From an uncultured Candidatus Izemoplasmatales bacterium (GTDB taxonomy: Bacteria > Bacillota_I > Bacilli_A > Izemoplasmatales > Hujiaoplasmataceae): 64,000 nt of DNA. The position numbers and the translations under genes are program-made. Under the pieces are notes generated by a model. It did no database searches. It was given only the letters and a program-made list of their open reading frames with translations, and was not told the origin of the DNA. Shown here piece by piece: positions 1 to 9,233 of the stretch (within the stretch, counting starts at the first letter, position 1; each line of letters begins with the position of its first letter). The stretch spans positions 58 to 64,057 of the forward strand of contig CAZLAQ010000009.1 in NCBI GenBank assembly GCA_964557695.1, written 5' to 3'.

Positions 1-79
1 TCAGTGGTTTTTCAAAGTAAATTGAATGGTTTGTAACCCTTTACATATATTAAATACCTGTGCTTTATGTTAATATCTT

Positions 80-88
80 TGGTATAAT
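80..88 (+). promoter_or_regulatory. Putative extended -10 promoter element (TGgTATAAT) for the GH13 gene
   Basis: TGGTATAAT at 80-88, GAGGTGA Shine-Dalgarno at 95-101, ATG at 106. The -35 is weak. Confidence 0.4.
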
Positions 89-105
89 GAAATCGAGGTG
101 ATAAC

Positions 106-2181
106 ATGGTGACATCAATCCTGGAAAAACTAAAATCTGTTCTTTCATGCAAAGTCGAATCTGGCAATATCAATTATGTCGTTCCCGACTTGTGGAACGC
201 CTGGGACTATTCGGGAAATGAAATGCGCAAGTTGCCTTCAAACGAACTATTGGTTAATCCATATCAATTTTACCTATCGGTAATTGAAGAATACATTCTT
301 GTCCACAAACAAGATGGTATTAAATACCTTCAGTCGCTATCCAAAATCAAACATGTCAAATCATTACCTGGGAAAACAGGTGGTGACTGGATCAAATCTT
401 CAGTACTTTATTCTACCATGATCCGAGCCTCATCGGCATGGGACCATGACCGGTCTTTTTCACTCGATATTTCCAACTTTGACAAGATGAAGGAAACTGG
501 CACATTTGTAAAAATGCTTGCCTTATTGCCGTTGCTAAAAAAAATGGGTGTTGACACAATGTATCTGTTGCCGTTGTCCAAATTTTCCTTGAAGGACAAG
601 AAAGGCGATTTGGGATCACCATATGGAGTATCATCGTTTTTTGATCTTGATCCGAACTTAAAAGACAACCTAACTGGTGATGATTTGTCAGTTGAGGAAG
701 AATTCCAGGCATTTATCGAAAGTTGCCACATCCTTGATATGCGCGTAGTGATCGATATTATCCCCAGAACCAATGCTGTGGTAAACGATTTGATCAAAGC
801 CCATCCCGACTGGTTCTACTGGATTAAAGACAAGGATTATGATAATTACAAAGTTCCGTTTGTAGATAATCTTCCGAGCACGCTCTCTCCGGAACCAAAA
901 TACATGAAACAAGTTTACGAATCGAAAGATGTGCGTCGCCACATCAACATGTTTTGCATCGATCCCGAAAAACAGGATCCCATTCTCTGGAAAAAAATCA
1001 TCGATCACAGTCAGAATATTACTGAGGCAATCAAAAAACATTTCGGGCTCAGGATTGCTCCGGCTTTTTCCGATCATATCAACGATGTTCAGCCGCCTTG
1101 GACCGATGTGACTTTCTTCCGGATGTTTCTTGATCATCCACAAGCAACAGTCGGTTATTTGAAAAGCAAATCGACCCCGCCATATATTCTCTTTGATACT
1201 ATCAAAGCCAATCTATATCCCGGAAAAGAACCCAATCTTGAATTATGGAATACCTTGGCTTCGATCATTCCGTTCTATCAAGACAAATATGGTATCGACG
1301 GAGCCAGAATCGACATGGGTCACGCACTGCCTAAGGACCTTCTGGAAATGATCATCCAAAATGCCAAAGCAAAAGATCCGGACTTCGCATTTATCGCCGA
1401 AGAACTGAATCCAGACAATGCAGAAAAAGCCAAAGCGCTAGGCTACAACATCATGATCGGCAACGGTTTCTGGATGGAACCGCGAATCTGGGAGAAAAAT
1501 CTTCATAAATTCGTCTATGGCGCTAAAGACATCGCCTTGCCGATGTTTGCCTGTGCTGAAACACATGATACTGCCAGGATTGCCGGGAGAGATGGAGGCA
1601 GGATACTGGCTCGCATGACAACGATACTTAATATGTTTTTACCAAATTTGGTACCTTTCATCAACTCTGGACAAGAAGTCTATGAAACCCAACCGATGAA
1701 CACTGGTGTTGATTGCACCGAAAAGGACAAATTCAATCTTCCAACCGGAGACCTGTTCTATGGAAAACTAGCCTTATTCGACAAATATGCCTTCCATTAT
1801 CTGAATCCAAATCGCTGGGAGCTTGCAGATCATCTTGATGGTGTTAAGTTCATCAGACAGAAATGGCTGAATCAAATCACCGACATCAAGACATATCTAC
1901 CTATTTATTTCAACGAATTCGACACCCCAGTGATCGGTGTCTCATATTTCAACAAGAAAACTAGTAAATGCCTGATTGTTGTCTGCAACAGCAATGTCTA
2001 TAACGATATCAACTGTATTGCTTCCTTGGAAACTTTGCGAAATGCTTCCGGTAATAATAACTTATCCGGAAAACTGCTATATGCGACATATGAATTAGGC
2101 CGTGATTATCATGATTTTTCCAACGATGGCGGAATCTATTTCCACCTTGGCGCTGGCGAAGTCAAAGTCGTCGAAATTTAA
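106..2181 (+). CDS. Alpha-amylase family (GH13) alpha-glucan-active enzyme, cytoplasmic; specificity unresolved
   Basis: 691-aa ORF with SD. GH13 catalytic regions are readable: GARIDMGH (nucleophile Asp), FIAEEL (acid/base Glu), CAETHDT (His-Asp). Region I reads VVIDIIPRT instead of DxxxNH. No signal peptide. Confidence 0.8.
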   Translation: MVTSILEKLKSVLSCKVESGNINYVVPDLWNAWDYSGNEMRKLPSNELLVNPYQFYLSVIEEYILVHKQDGIKYLQSLSKIKHVKSLPGKTGGDWIKSSVLYSTMIRASSAWDHDRSFSLDISNFDKMKETGTFVKMLALLPLLKKMGVDTMYLLPLSKFSLKDKKGDLGSPYGVSSFFDLDPNLKDNLTGDDLSVEEEFQAFIESCHILDMRVVIDIIPRTNAVVNDLIKAHPDWFYWIKDKDYDNYKVPFVDNLPSTLSPEPKYMKQVYESKDVRRHINMFCIDPEKQDPILWKKIIDHSQNITEAIKKHFGLRIAPAFSDHINDVQPPWTDVTFFRMFLDHPQATVGYLKSKSTPPYILFDTIKANLYPGKEPNLELWNTLASIIPFYQDKYGIDGARIDMGHALPKDLLEMIIQNAKAKDPDFAFIAEELNPDNAEKAKALGYNIMIGNGFWMEPRIWEKNLHKFVYGAKDIALPMFACAETHDTARIAGRDGGRILARMTTILNMFLPNLVPFINSGQEVYETQPMNTGVDCTEKDKFNLPTGDLFYGKLALFDKYAFHYLNPNRWELADHLDGVKFIRQKWLNQITDIKTYLPIYFNEFDTPVIGVSYFNKKTSKCLIVVCNSNVYNDINCIASLETLRNASGNNNLSGKLLYATYELGRDYHDFSNDGGIYFHLGAGEVKVVEI

Positions 2182-2184
2182 AAA

Positions 2185-2215
2185 AAAGAAAAACGACAAG
2201 AGTCGTTTTTTTTCT
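2185..2215. terminator. Bidirectional intrinsic terminator between convergent genes
   Basis: Hairpin ACGAC-aaga-GTCGT extended by A/T pairs, flanked by an A-run and a T-run (aaaaacgacaagagtcgttttttt). Confidence 0.6.
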
Positions 2216-2218
2216 TGA

Positions 2219-2968
2219 TCAAGCTTCAGTCTTCTTAAACACAAGTTGGCGCAATAACCTAAGCATCGGCACAAGCAGCATGACGTAAGCGGCCACTTCG
2301 ATTGGCATTTTGATGATCCTCAAGGGAATCCGTGCCCAGAAATCAATTCCGGGATACATGATAAATAGCCAGATCGGCGTCAGAATCAAGGAGACGACAA
2401 TATATAGCAAGAAGACTATAAACAAAAGTTTAGTGCCTTCTTTGCCATACTTCTCGCTTCTGTTCACAATGATATTGAAGATGACAAGTGATAAAGTACC
2501 AAATAAACTGATACCGATAAGAATATATTTTTGCGTATTAGAAAGTGTCGATGATATGACTTGATTGATATTGAAAAAATACCAGGTTGCCCCAAGTAAA
2601 AGCAATGCAGAAAGCGCAAAGTTCAAGTAATAGAAAAGTCTTTTCTCTTTATTGATGGCGAAACGGAAAATCAAACCCGGGATTACTCCATAGAGCGCTG
2701 CATTCAAAGTGAATCCGAGATTGAACACCTGACCAAGATTTGCTCCGACCATAAAAAAGCCCAGGATATCCTGGATGATACCGGCAGTCAGGCCGAAGAC
2801 GGGACCATAGATGATGCTGATAAGAATGATTGGAAGATAGCCGATCCCGAATTTGATAATCGGGTTTGATGGTGTAGGCAACGATATCGAGACAATTTGT
2901 CCCAGAATGATTCCGATAGCGACCATCAAACCAATGAATACCAATTTTTGAACTTGGTTTTTTGACAT
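2219..2968 (-). CDS. ECF transporter S component (folate-family-like)
   Basis: Multi-pass membrane protein with the typical S-component N-terminus (KLVFIGLMVAIGIILGQ...GYLPIILISIIYGPVFGLTAGIIQDILGF). Start trimmed to the ATG at 2968, preceded by GGAG; the track ORF extension overlaps ung. Confidence 0.6.
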   Translation of the reverse strand: MSKNQVQKLVFIGLMVAIGIILGQIVSISLPTPSNPIIKFGIGYLPIILISIIYGPVFGLTAGIIQDILGFFMVGANLGQVFNLGFTLNAALYGVIPGLIFRFAINKEKRLFYYLNFALSALLLLGATWYFFNINQVISSTLSNTQKYILIGISLFGTLSLVIFNIIVNRSEKYGKEGTKLLFIVFLLYIVVSLILTPIWLFIMYPGIDFWARIPLRIIKMPIEVAAYVMLLVPMLRLLRQLVFKKTEA

Positions 2969-2981
2969 TTTTTGCTCCAGT

Positions 2982-3656
2982 TTACAGTTTGAAATTAATC
3001 GGGATCTGTCCCGATTTGACAAGAAAAGCATTGATTTTGGAAAATGGTTTGGATCCGAAGAAACCTCGATAGGCCGACAATGGCGAAGGGTGTACGTTCT
3101 CGATCACCAAATGAATCGGATTGGTGATCAACTGTTTTTTGCTTCTGGCGAAACTTCCCCACAAAACGAAGACCATCGGGGTCTTTTTTTCATTGAGCAG
3201 CGTGATGATGTAATCTGTGAATCTCGTCCAGCCATACTGTTGATGGCTCAGAGGCTGGTTTTTTCTGACTGACAGGATGGCATTAAGCAACAAGACACCA
3301 TTTTTAGCCCAAGCAGTCAAATCTCCGGATAAAGGTATTTCATATCCTAGATCCGAATTGAGTTCGGTAAAGATATTTACTAGAGACGGAGGCAAAACCA
3401 CGTTTTTTTTTACGGAGAAAGCCATCCCCATCGCCTGGTCGGGGTTGTGGTAGGGATCCTGCCCCAGAATCAGGATTTTCGTGTCTTTATGGGCGGTTAA
3501 CCGCAAAGCATGGAAAACATCGTGTATGGGAGGATAACAGGTGAATTTGCGATACTCTTTTTGGATATTTTCGACAAGCCTCAAAAAATAGTCTTGCTTA
3601 AATTCGTCTTTTAACAAATCATCCCAATCATTATTTAACATTGTTCTTTTTTTCAA
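2982..3656 (-). CDS. ung: Uracil-DNA glycosylase, family 1
   Basis: Motifs LILGQDPYH and HPSPLSA; length 224 aa. Confidence 0.93.
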   Translation of the reverse strand: MKKRTMLNNDWDDLLKDEFKQDYFLRLVENIQKEYRKFTCYPPIHDVFHALRLTAHKDTKILILGQDPYHNPDQAMGMAFSVKKNVVLPPSLVNIFTELNSDLGYEIPLSGDLTAWAKNGVLLLNAILSVRKNQPLSHQQYGWTRFTDYIITLLNEKKTPMVFVLWGSFARSKKQLITNPIHLVIENVHPSPLSAYRGFFGSKPFSKINAFLVKSGQIPINFKL

Positions 3657-3822
3657 CCTTTAGCTTGATATGACAAGCTCTGTTGGAACATGTCTGGCAT
3701 CCTGAAAAATCCGTCAGGTTCTCACAACCTTCCGGAACTTTTGTCTTTTCATTGAGAATATAGGTGACAACGTAGATCAATATAATTAAGACTACGAGGG
3801 TGATGCCAAAAAATAATTCCAT
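3631..3822 (-). CDS. Small Cys-rich single-pass membrane protein (hypothetical)
   Basis: 63 aa with an N-terminal TM helix, then CENLTDFSGCQTCSNRAC. Loosely resembles small Cys-rich membrane proteins. Overlaps the ung start by 26 nt. Confidence 0.4.
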   Translation of the reverse strand: MELFFGITLVVLIILIYVVTYILNEKTKVPEGCENLTDFSGCQTCSNRACHIKLKVEKKNNVK

Positions 3823-3834
3823 AAGATACCTTCT

Positions 3835-5541
3835 TTATTTAATCTTGTCGACAATCCGTTTCAATTCCTCGATAATCCGTTTGACTCTCGTTTGGGCTTC
3901 AGCAAGCGTTCTGCCTTCCGAAGCAGCATAGATTTTCAGTTTTGGTTCCGTTCCTGATGGCCGCATTACAAACCAAGACCCATCGGCCAATATGTATTTT
4001 ATGACTTCTGAAGCTGGCAGATCGATCGTTTCCTGTTTGCCTGAGACAAATCTTAGTCCTAAAGAATAATCTTCGATTGTCGAGACTTTGGTGGAATCAA
4101 TCTTTTCCAGATGATTTTTTTGCATTGAATCCATAATTCTCTCGATTCTTCTTTTCCCTTCAAGTCCCAAAAGTTCCACATTCAGGAGTTCCTCACTATG
4201 ATAACCGTATTTGGCAAAAATATCAAGCAATACATCGTAGAGAGTTTTGTTTTCCGTGTTTTTGTAAAAAGCTGCGGCTTCAGAAGCTAACAGCAGCGCC
4301 TGCAAGGCATCTTTATCTCTTGCGCCATCATTGATCACATAGCCAAATGATTCCTCATAACCGAAAATAAATTTTTTGTCAGTTGTTTCCAAAAATCTTG
4401 CCTGTTCCCCGATGAATTTGAATCCGGTTAGTGTAGAGATGACTTCATATCCGAACGATATCGCGATCTTCGCCCCCAAAGTGGAAGTGACGATTGTATT
4501 GAACACCACACCCTTATGGGGAAGAAGTCCCAGTTTTTTCTTTTCGGTAAGCAAATAATATAAAAGCACCGCTCCGGTCTGATTGCCTGAAAGGAGATGG
4601 TATTCTCCGTCTTTTTTGACAGCTATCCCCAGTCTGTCGGCATCTGGATCGGTCGCTATCAACAAATCCGCATTGACTTTATTACCAAGGTCGATTGCCA
4701 TTTCAAACGATGCTTTATTCTCAGGATTTGGTGATTTGACCGTCCCGAAATTCGGGTCATGGATCATCTGTTCCTTGACAGGATAAAACTCGTATCCAGT
4801 TGTGGACAAGAGTCTTGTCGCCAGCATGGCACTTGTTCCATGCAAAGGCGTGAAGACGATTTTGATGTCTTTAATAATCTCGGGATGGATTTGGACGGTT
4901 TTCACAAGTTCCAGATAAGCCGTATCGACTGCTTCACCGATAAATTCGATCAAGCCTTCGCTTTCAAGCGCTTCATAGGCCAAACATTTGATACTGAAAA
5001 CATCTTTAACTTCATTGACGAGATCGATAATTTTGTTTGCATATTCAGGAGTATATTGACAACCATATTCATCGTAAATCTTGTATCCGTTATATTGAGG
5101 CGGATTATGACTGGCAGTCACGACAATGCCTGATATGGCGTGAAGATATCTGGTTGCGAATGAAAGCTCGGGGGTCGGTCGCAAAGTGTCAAACAAATAT
5201 GATTTGATTCCGTATGAGCCAAGCACTTTGGCAGACTCCATCGCAAACTCCCTGGACATTCTTCTGTTGTCATGGGCGATTACAACTCCACGAATCAATT
5301 CTTCCTCGCGATATCTTCCAAGCAAATATCTGGCAAGACCATCATTTGCCTTATGAATCGTATAGATATTCATTCTGTTCGTACCAGCGCCAAGAATTCC
5401 CCGCATTCCGCCCGTGCCAAAAGCTAGGGAAGAATAGAACATGTCTTCTAATTCCGCATTGGTTTTTCCTTCAAGGTCTTGCTTTAATGATTCGTCAAGA
5501 TCTTTGAAATCCAGCCATTTTTGATAGGATTCTTTCCACAC
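3835..5541 (-). CDS. pgcA: Phosphoglucomutase / phosphomannomutase family (alpha-D-phosphohexomutase)
   Basis: Active-site loop TASHNPPQYNGYK. GTG start preceded by AGGAGG. 568 aa. Confidence 0.9.
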   Translation of the reverse strand: MWKESYQKWLDFKDLDESLKQDLEGKTNAELEDMFYSSLAFGTGGMRGILGAGTNRMNIYTIHKANDGLARYLLGRYREEELIRGVVIAHDNRRMSREFAMESAKVLGSYGIKSYLFDTLRPTPELSFATRYLHAISGIVVTASHNPPQYNGYKIYDEYGCQYTPEYANKIIDLVNEVKDVFSIKCLAYEALESEGLIEFIGEAVDTAYLELVKTVQIHPEIIKDIKIVFTPLHGTSAMLATRLLSTTGYEFYPVKEQMIHDPNFGTVKSPNPENKASFEMAIDLGNKVNADLLIATDPDADRLGIAVKKDGEYHLLSGNQTGAVLLYYLLTEKKKLGLLPHKGVVFNTIVTSTLGAKIAISFGYEVISTLTGFKFIGEQARFLETTDKKFIFGYEESFGYVINDGARDKDALQALLLASEAAAFYKNTENKTLYDVLLDIFAKYGYHSEELLNVELLGLEGKRRIERIMDSMQKNHLEKIDSTKVSTIEDYSLGLRFVSGKQETIDLPASEVIKYILADGSWFVMRPSGTEPKLKIYAASEGRTLAEAQTRVKRIIEELKRIVDKIK

Positions 5542-5572
5542 TGTAAATTCCTCCTGTGTTAGCGATTAATAG

Positions 5573-5604
5573 AAAAAATACTTTTGACTCGTCAAAAGTA
5601 TTTT
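5573..5604 (-). terminator. Intrinsic terminator after the nitroreductase gene
   Basis: 11-12 bp stem AATACTTTTGAC/GTCAAAAGTATT followed by a U-run in minus sense. Confidence 0.6.
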
Positions 5605-5610
5605 ATATAG

Positions 5611-6153
5611 TCAACGAATATAATCTACGACGTCTTCTTTTCTTGGTTTTGGATCCGGATATTCACCATCAAAGTAACCGAAGCAAATTGATGCGTCATG
5701 TTGGTAACCATCCGGAATTTTGAGCATCCTGTTGATGTCGATGGCATTGGCTTGATGATACATGTATCTTGTCTGACCAATGATGCAGGAATCGATTCCC
5801 AGAGCTTTGGCAGCAATGGCCATGTTTTCCAAGGCACAGCCACAATTTAATTCACTGAAGCCTTCGATCGCGGAACTGAGCACGATGACAACAGGCGCAT
5901 GATAAAAAATATGATAGCCAGGCTCTTTCTGGATTCCCAGGCGATCCATGCCCTCAAGTGACAGTTGATTGATTTTTTCGATTGTCTCCCTTTCGGTTAT
6001 GACTGTAAAATGCCAATTCTGCTTGTTTCTTGCGGATGGGGCAAAAATGCCACATTTCACAATCCATTTCAGGTCGGCATCCGGAATTGCTTTTTCAAGG
6101 TAATGTCTGATGCTTCTTCGGTTCATAATCGTTTCAATGGTTTGATTCTTCAT
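5611..6153 (-). CDS. Nitroreductase family protein
   Basis: N-terminal RRSIRHY motif and nitroreductase-like layout. Start trimmed to the ATG at 6153, preceded by AAAGGGGTG. Confidence 0.8.
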   Translation of the reverse strand: MKNQTIETIMNRRSIRHYLEKAIPDADLKWIVKCGIFAPSARNKQNWHFTVITERETIEKINQLSLEGMDRLGIQKEPGYHIFYHAPVVIVLSSAIEGFSELNCGCALENMAIAAKALGIDSCIIGQTRYMYHQANAIDINRMLKIPDGYQHDASICFGYFDGEYPDPKPRKEDVVDYIR

Positions 6154-6166
6154 AACAAACACCCCT

Positions 6167-7060
6167 TTACGCTTCGAGAATTGTTTTGTCCAATGTAGGA
6201 TTGCATGCAAGTTCGGTTTCCATTGTCAAAGCAGCTATTTTTTTTCCAAGTTCGATTGAATAAGTCATGTCCTTCCCATTAGTAAGTCCAAAAATCACAC
6301 CAGACATCAATCCGTCTCCGGCGCCTACGCTCGATATTGTATATCTTGGTTCCAAGACTTGGGTATGCATTATCTTGTTTTGAATATTGTAATATACGGG
6401 TTTCTCCTTGTTGGTTGTTACTACAGTTCCGACACCTTGGTCAAGTAAGTCTTTGATTGCCTTAGCTGGATCGGAATATTGTTTGTCGAGTAGTGCTTCA
6501 AGTTCCTTGTGGTTAACTTTTAATAAATCGATATATGAAAGCAAATTTTTTATTCTGATTACCTTTGTCTGGCTTACGCCATCGACAAAGATTTTCTTAC
6601 TCTGAAATTTTTTTAACAGATATGAAAGCATAAATTCAGAAAGGTTGCAGTCAATCACCAAAAAGTCGGATTGTTCGATGATCGCTTCATACAAGAATAG
6701 GTCCTCCGGCAACAAACTGTCTGCAAGTTGAAAGTCATTGATGCCTGAAATCAGCTGACCAGCATTGTCATGAGCAGCCAAATAACAACAAGTGCTCATT
6801 CCATCCTTAACAATCAGATAATGCCTGATACCCATATTTTCCAGATGTTCACGGACGATTTTGGATAATCCTCCGTTCCCGACCGGGCTGATCAAACAAA
6901 CGTCACTTTGCAGTCTGTACAAATTCTCGGCGATGTTTCTGGCAACTCCGCCACAGGAAAGCCGGATTGCTCCGATATTTGAGTCATTGGGAATCAAATC
7001 ACCTTTGCTGATACCAATCAAATCGACAGATACGGCGCCGACTACGCAGATTTTGGCCAT
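6167..7060 (-). CDS. PfkB-family carbohydrate/nucleoside kinase (YeiC / pseudouridine-kinase-like)
   Basis: Motifs CGGVARNIAENL and SVGAGDGLMSG. Start trimmed to MAKICVVG at 7060, 1 nt after the upstream stop. Confidence 0.7.
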   Translation of the reverse strand: MAKICVVGAVSVDLIGISKGDLIPNDSNIGAIRLSCGGVARNIAENLYRLQSDVCLISPVGNGGLSKIVREHLENMGIRHYLIVKDGMSTCCYLAAHDNAGQLISGINDFQLADSLLPEDLFLYEAIIEQSDFLVIDCNLSEFMLSYLLKKFQSKKIFVDGVSQTKVIRIKNLLSYIDLLKVNHKELEALLDKQYSDPAKAIKDLLDQGVGTVVTTNKEKPVYYNIQNKIMHTQVLEPRYTISSVGAGDGLMSGVIFGLTNGKDMTYSIELGKKIAALTMETELACNPTLDKTILEA

Positions 7061-7061
7061 A

Positions 7062-7781
7062 TTATTCCAAGATATCCGTCGTAATGTAATCGACACCCAT
7101 CTTGATGAGCTTTTCTGCATTGTCTTTGTCATTGACGGTAAACACGCATACTTTCAAGCCCAGAAGATGGAATCTTTTGATAAAGGCTTCATCGATAGCT
7201 TCGGCTTTCACATCGAGATTGAAATGGTTTTTTTCGCAAAGGTCATAGATTTTTTCGGAAATTGTGTTTGAAAGATAATATAAGTTCGAATCAGGGTTGT
7301 TCTTTTTAAGATGCAACAAATATTTTTCATTGAATGCCAAAAAACTCGTCTCTTGCAAATCATGGAATTTATTGACTTGCTCAACCGCTTTGTCGATATT
7401 TTCCAAGGATAGATTCTCTTTGAGCTCAATCAAAGCGTGTTTTTGATAGGTCTTGCATATCGCCAGATAATCTGCCAGCAAGGGAATAGTCAAGGTGTCT
7501 GAAAGATGCCCTGTCTTGCGGTCAAGCAATGTGAATCTGCGGATTTCTTCATATTGATAACTTGGGACATAGATGTTCAGCATCCCCAAGCGTAAAAGCG
7601 TGTCATCATGAGTGATGATTAGTTTGCCGTCTTTCGAAGCGAACACATCGCATTCGATGCCAAAATAGCTTCTATTGGCGGCTGCCACGAAAGCATTGAC
7701 TGTGTTTTCAGTTTCGATGCCGCTCAAACCGCGATGGGCAACCATCCCGCGAAAATACTTGTCGATTTTTACTGTGTTCAT
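7062..7781 (-). CDS. Glycerophosphodiester phosphodiesterase family protein
   Basis: GDPD motifs AHRG..ENT and GIECDV...ITHDDTL. Confidence 0.85.
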   Translation of the reverse strand: MNTVKIDKYFRGMVAHRGLSGIETENTVNAFVAAANRSYFGIECDVFASKDGKLIITHDDTLLRLGMLNIYVPSYQYEEIRRFTLLDRKTGHLSDTLTIPLLADYLAICKTYQKHALIELKENLSLENIDKAVEQVNKFHDLQETSFLAFNEKYLLHLKKNNPDSNLYYLSNTISEKIYDLCEKNHFNLDVKAEAIDEAFIKRFHLLGLKVCVFTVNDKDNAEKLIKMGVDYITTDILE

Positions 7782-7927
7782 ATAATCACGCTTCCCTATT
7801 TCGAGTCATTACCAGCTTTATTGTATCATTGTTTTCTTTTTTTTTGCACAGAAAAAGCTAAAATTACGATTTTTTTTCCGCTTTAGAGCGAAATATATTA
7901 TAATACTTTTATAGGAGATGAAAAAAG

Positions 7928-8671
7928 ATGACATCTTATGAATTGGGATTCGATTTTCAAAAAATCAAAACCGCGACGATTCTAAAAAAAAGTAATGGCT
8001 TGCTTTTCCCGGTTTTGATTCTGTTTCCGACTTTTTTTAGCATATTCTTGGTGTTTTTGGGCTTTTATGTTTTCAAGATGACGATTGAGATTAACGATGT
8101 TCCAAGATCTTTTGGCGATCCCGAATATCAGGAGTTTTTTATGATATTTTTGACGATTCTTGGAGCGGTATCGTTCCTTCATATTGTAGTGTTTTTAAAA
8201 GTGTTTTTCCAGAAGCCTAAACCTTGTCTTTACATTACCACTAGTATTGATGCTGATCCTGTATTGTATTCTGTCAGCAAGAAGAAACATGTCTATGTTG
8301 ATGATAGACAAATGCTTACCCTATTCCTCTCCTCTTCGGTTGTTGACAGGACTACTGACCATGCAACTATCGAAAAAGCAAAGCATGGAATTTTGTTCTG
8401 GACCGGTTTGGAATATATCAAGGATTTCAAAATCAAAAAAGGCGTGAACCGAACGAAAATCACCTATGCCGATCCTTTCGTAAGCGAAAAGAAAACATAC
8501 ACGCTATACTTTGATGAATCGGGAAAACTAAAAAAATATGGTGAGTTGATCATGTCTAGAAATTATGGAAACCATCAATTGAAATCCATGAATACGTTTT
8601 ATGTTCAAAATATCAATCAAACGCAAAGACTTCCGATCAATCCACTTATTCAGGCAAAATTAGTAGAATAA
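7928..8671 (+). CDS. Hypothetical membrane protein (two N-terminal TM helices plus a soluble C-terminal domain)
   Basis: 247-aa ORF preceded by AGGAGA. I recognise no family motif. Confidence 0.55.
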   Translation: MTSYELGFDFQKIKTATILKKSNGLLFPVLILFPTFFSIFLVFLGFYVFKMTIEINDVPRSFGDPEYQEFFMIFLTILGAVSFLHIVVFLKVFFQKPKPCLYITTSIDADPVLYSVSKKKHVYVDDRQMLTLFLSSSVVDRTTDHATIEKAKHGILFWTGLEYIKDFKIKKGVNRTKITYADPFVSEKKTYTLYFDESGKLKKYGELIMSRNYGNHQLKSMNTFYVQNINQTQRLPINPLIQAKLVE

Positions 8672-8674
8672 TAC

Positions 8675-8708
8675 TTAAAATCCAACTTCTTGTTGGATTT
8701 TCTTTTTA
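8675..8708. terminator. Bidirectional intrinsic terminator
   Basis: 10-bp stem AAAATCCAAC/GTTGGATTTT with a 5-nt loop. U-run on the plus sense and UUUU on the minus sense. Confidence 0.7.
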
Positions 8709-8825
8709 CCTGTTCACATAATGAATAAAAAAAATTGGCAGCGAGTTACCGCTGTCAATTCTTTCTCAAATGTTTTTTGGCTCTAAACCAACCGTTAATC
8801 TATGAATGCTTCAAGGTTTATTTGA

Positions 8826-8942
8826 CTATTTTTTCCCGAAAGGTTTTTGTACTGGTTTTTGAGCTGGCTTTACTTCTGGTTTTGCAACTGGTTTTTGCAT
8901 TGGTTGTTGAACTGTTTTTGCTGCCGGTTTCTTGTTTTCCAT
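8826..8942 (-). CDS. Small Lys/Pro/Gln-rich basic protein (38 aa), below the ORF-track length cutoff
   Basis: My own translation gives MENKKPAAKTVQQPMQKPVAKPEVKPAQKPVQKPFGKK. AAAGGAGGA sits 6 nt upstream of the ATG. The ORF has its own promoter-like element and a downstream terminator. Confidence 0.5.
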   Translation of the reverse strand: MENKKPAAKTVQQPMQKPVAKPEVKPAQKPVQKPFGKK

Positions 8943-9075
8943 ATATTATTCCTCCTTTTCTTAAGAATAAAATATCTATATAATACCTGGATGAAATTCC
9001 ATCCATAACGAAAATATTCGAGGCTAGATATGTTTGGTTTTGATTATTTTTTTATTAACATATATCATCGTCTTC

Positions 9076-9103
9076 ATTATACATTTCCGTATAAAATTAG
9101 CAA
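9076..9103 (-). promoter_or_regulatory. Putative sigma-A-type promoter (TTGCTA-16-TATAAT) upstream of the small KP-rich ORF
   Basis: Minus-sense TTGCTA (9103-9098) and TATAAT (9081-9076). Confidence 0.4.
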
Positions 9104-9205
9104 GTCCACTTAACCCACTATTTGCATTATTTTGACGAATTATTTTCGTAAATTTAGTCTGAAAACACTTAAAGCTATTTATTTCTGAAAAGATTCAATT
9201 TTCCC

Positions 9206-9230
9206 ATAAAAAAAGGTGCCTGCGCACCTG
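9206..9230 (-). terminator. Intrinsic terminator after the ribU / CxxC-lipoprotein pair
   Basis: AGGTGC-gcag-GCACCT hairpin followed by U7 in minus sense, directly after the stop at 9234. Confidence 0.7.
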
Positions 9231-9233
9231 ATT

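Noticed and set aside
8735-9006. Two ORF-track candidates (8735-8983 plus strand, 8818-9006 minus strand) over the small-ORF locus
   Set aside because: Neither has a ribosome-binding site, and both are low-complexity readings of the same AAACC(A/T)G-rich DNA. The 38-codon frame with a near-perfect SD explains the locus better.
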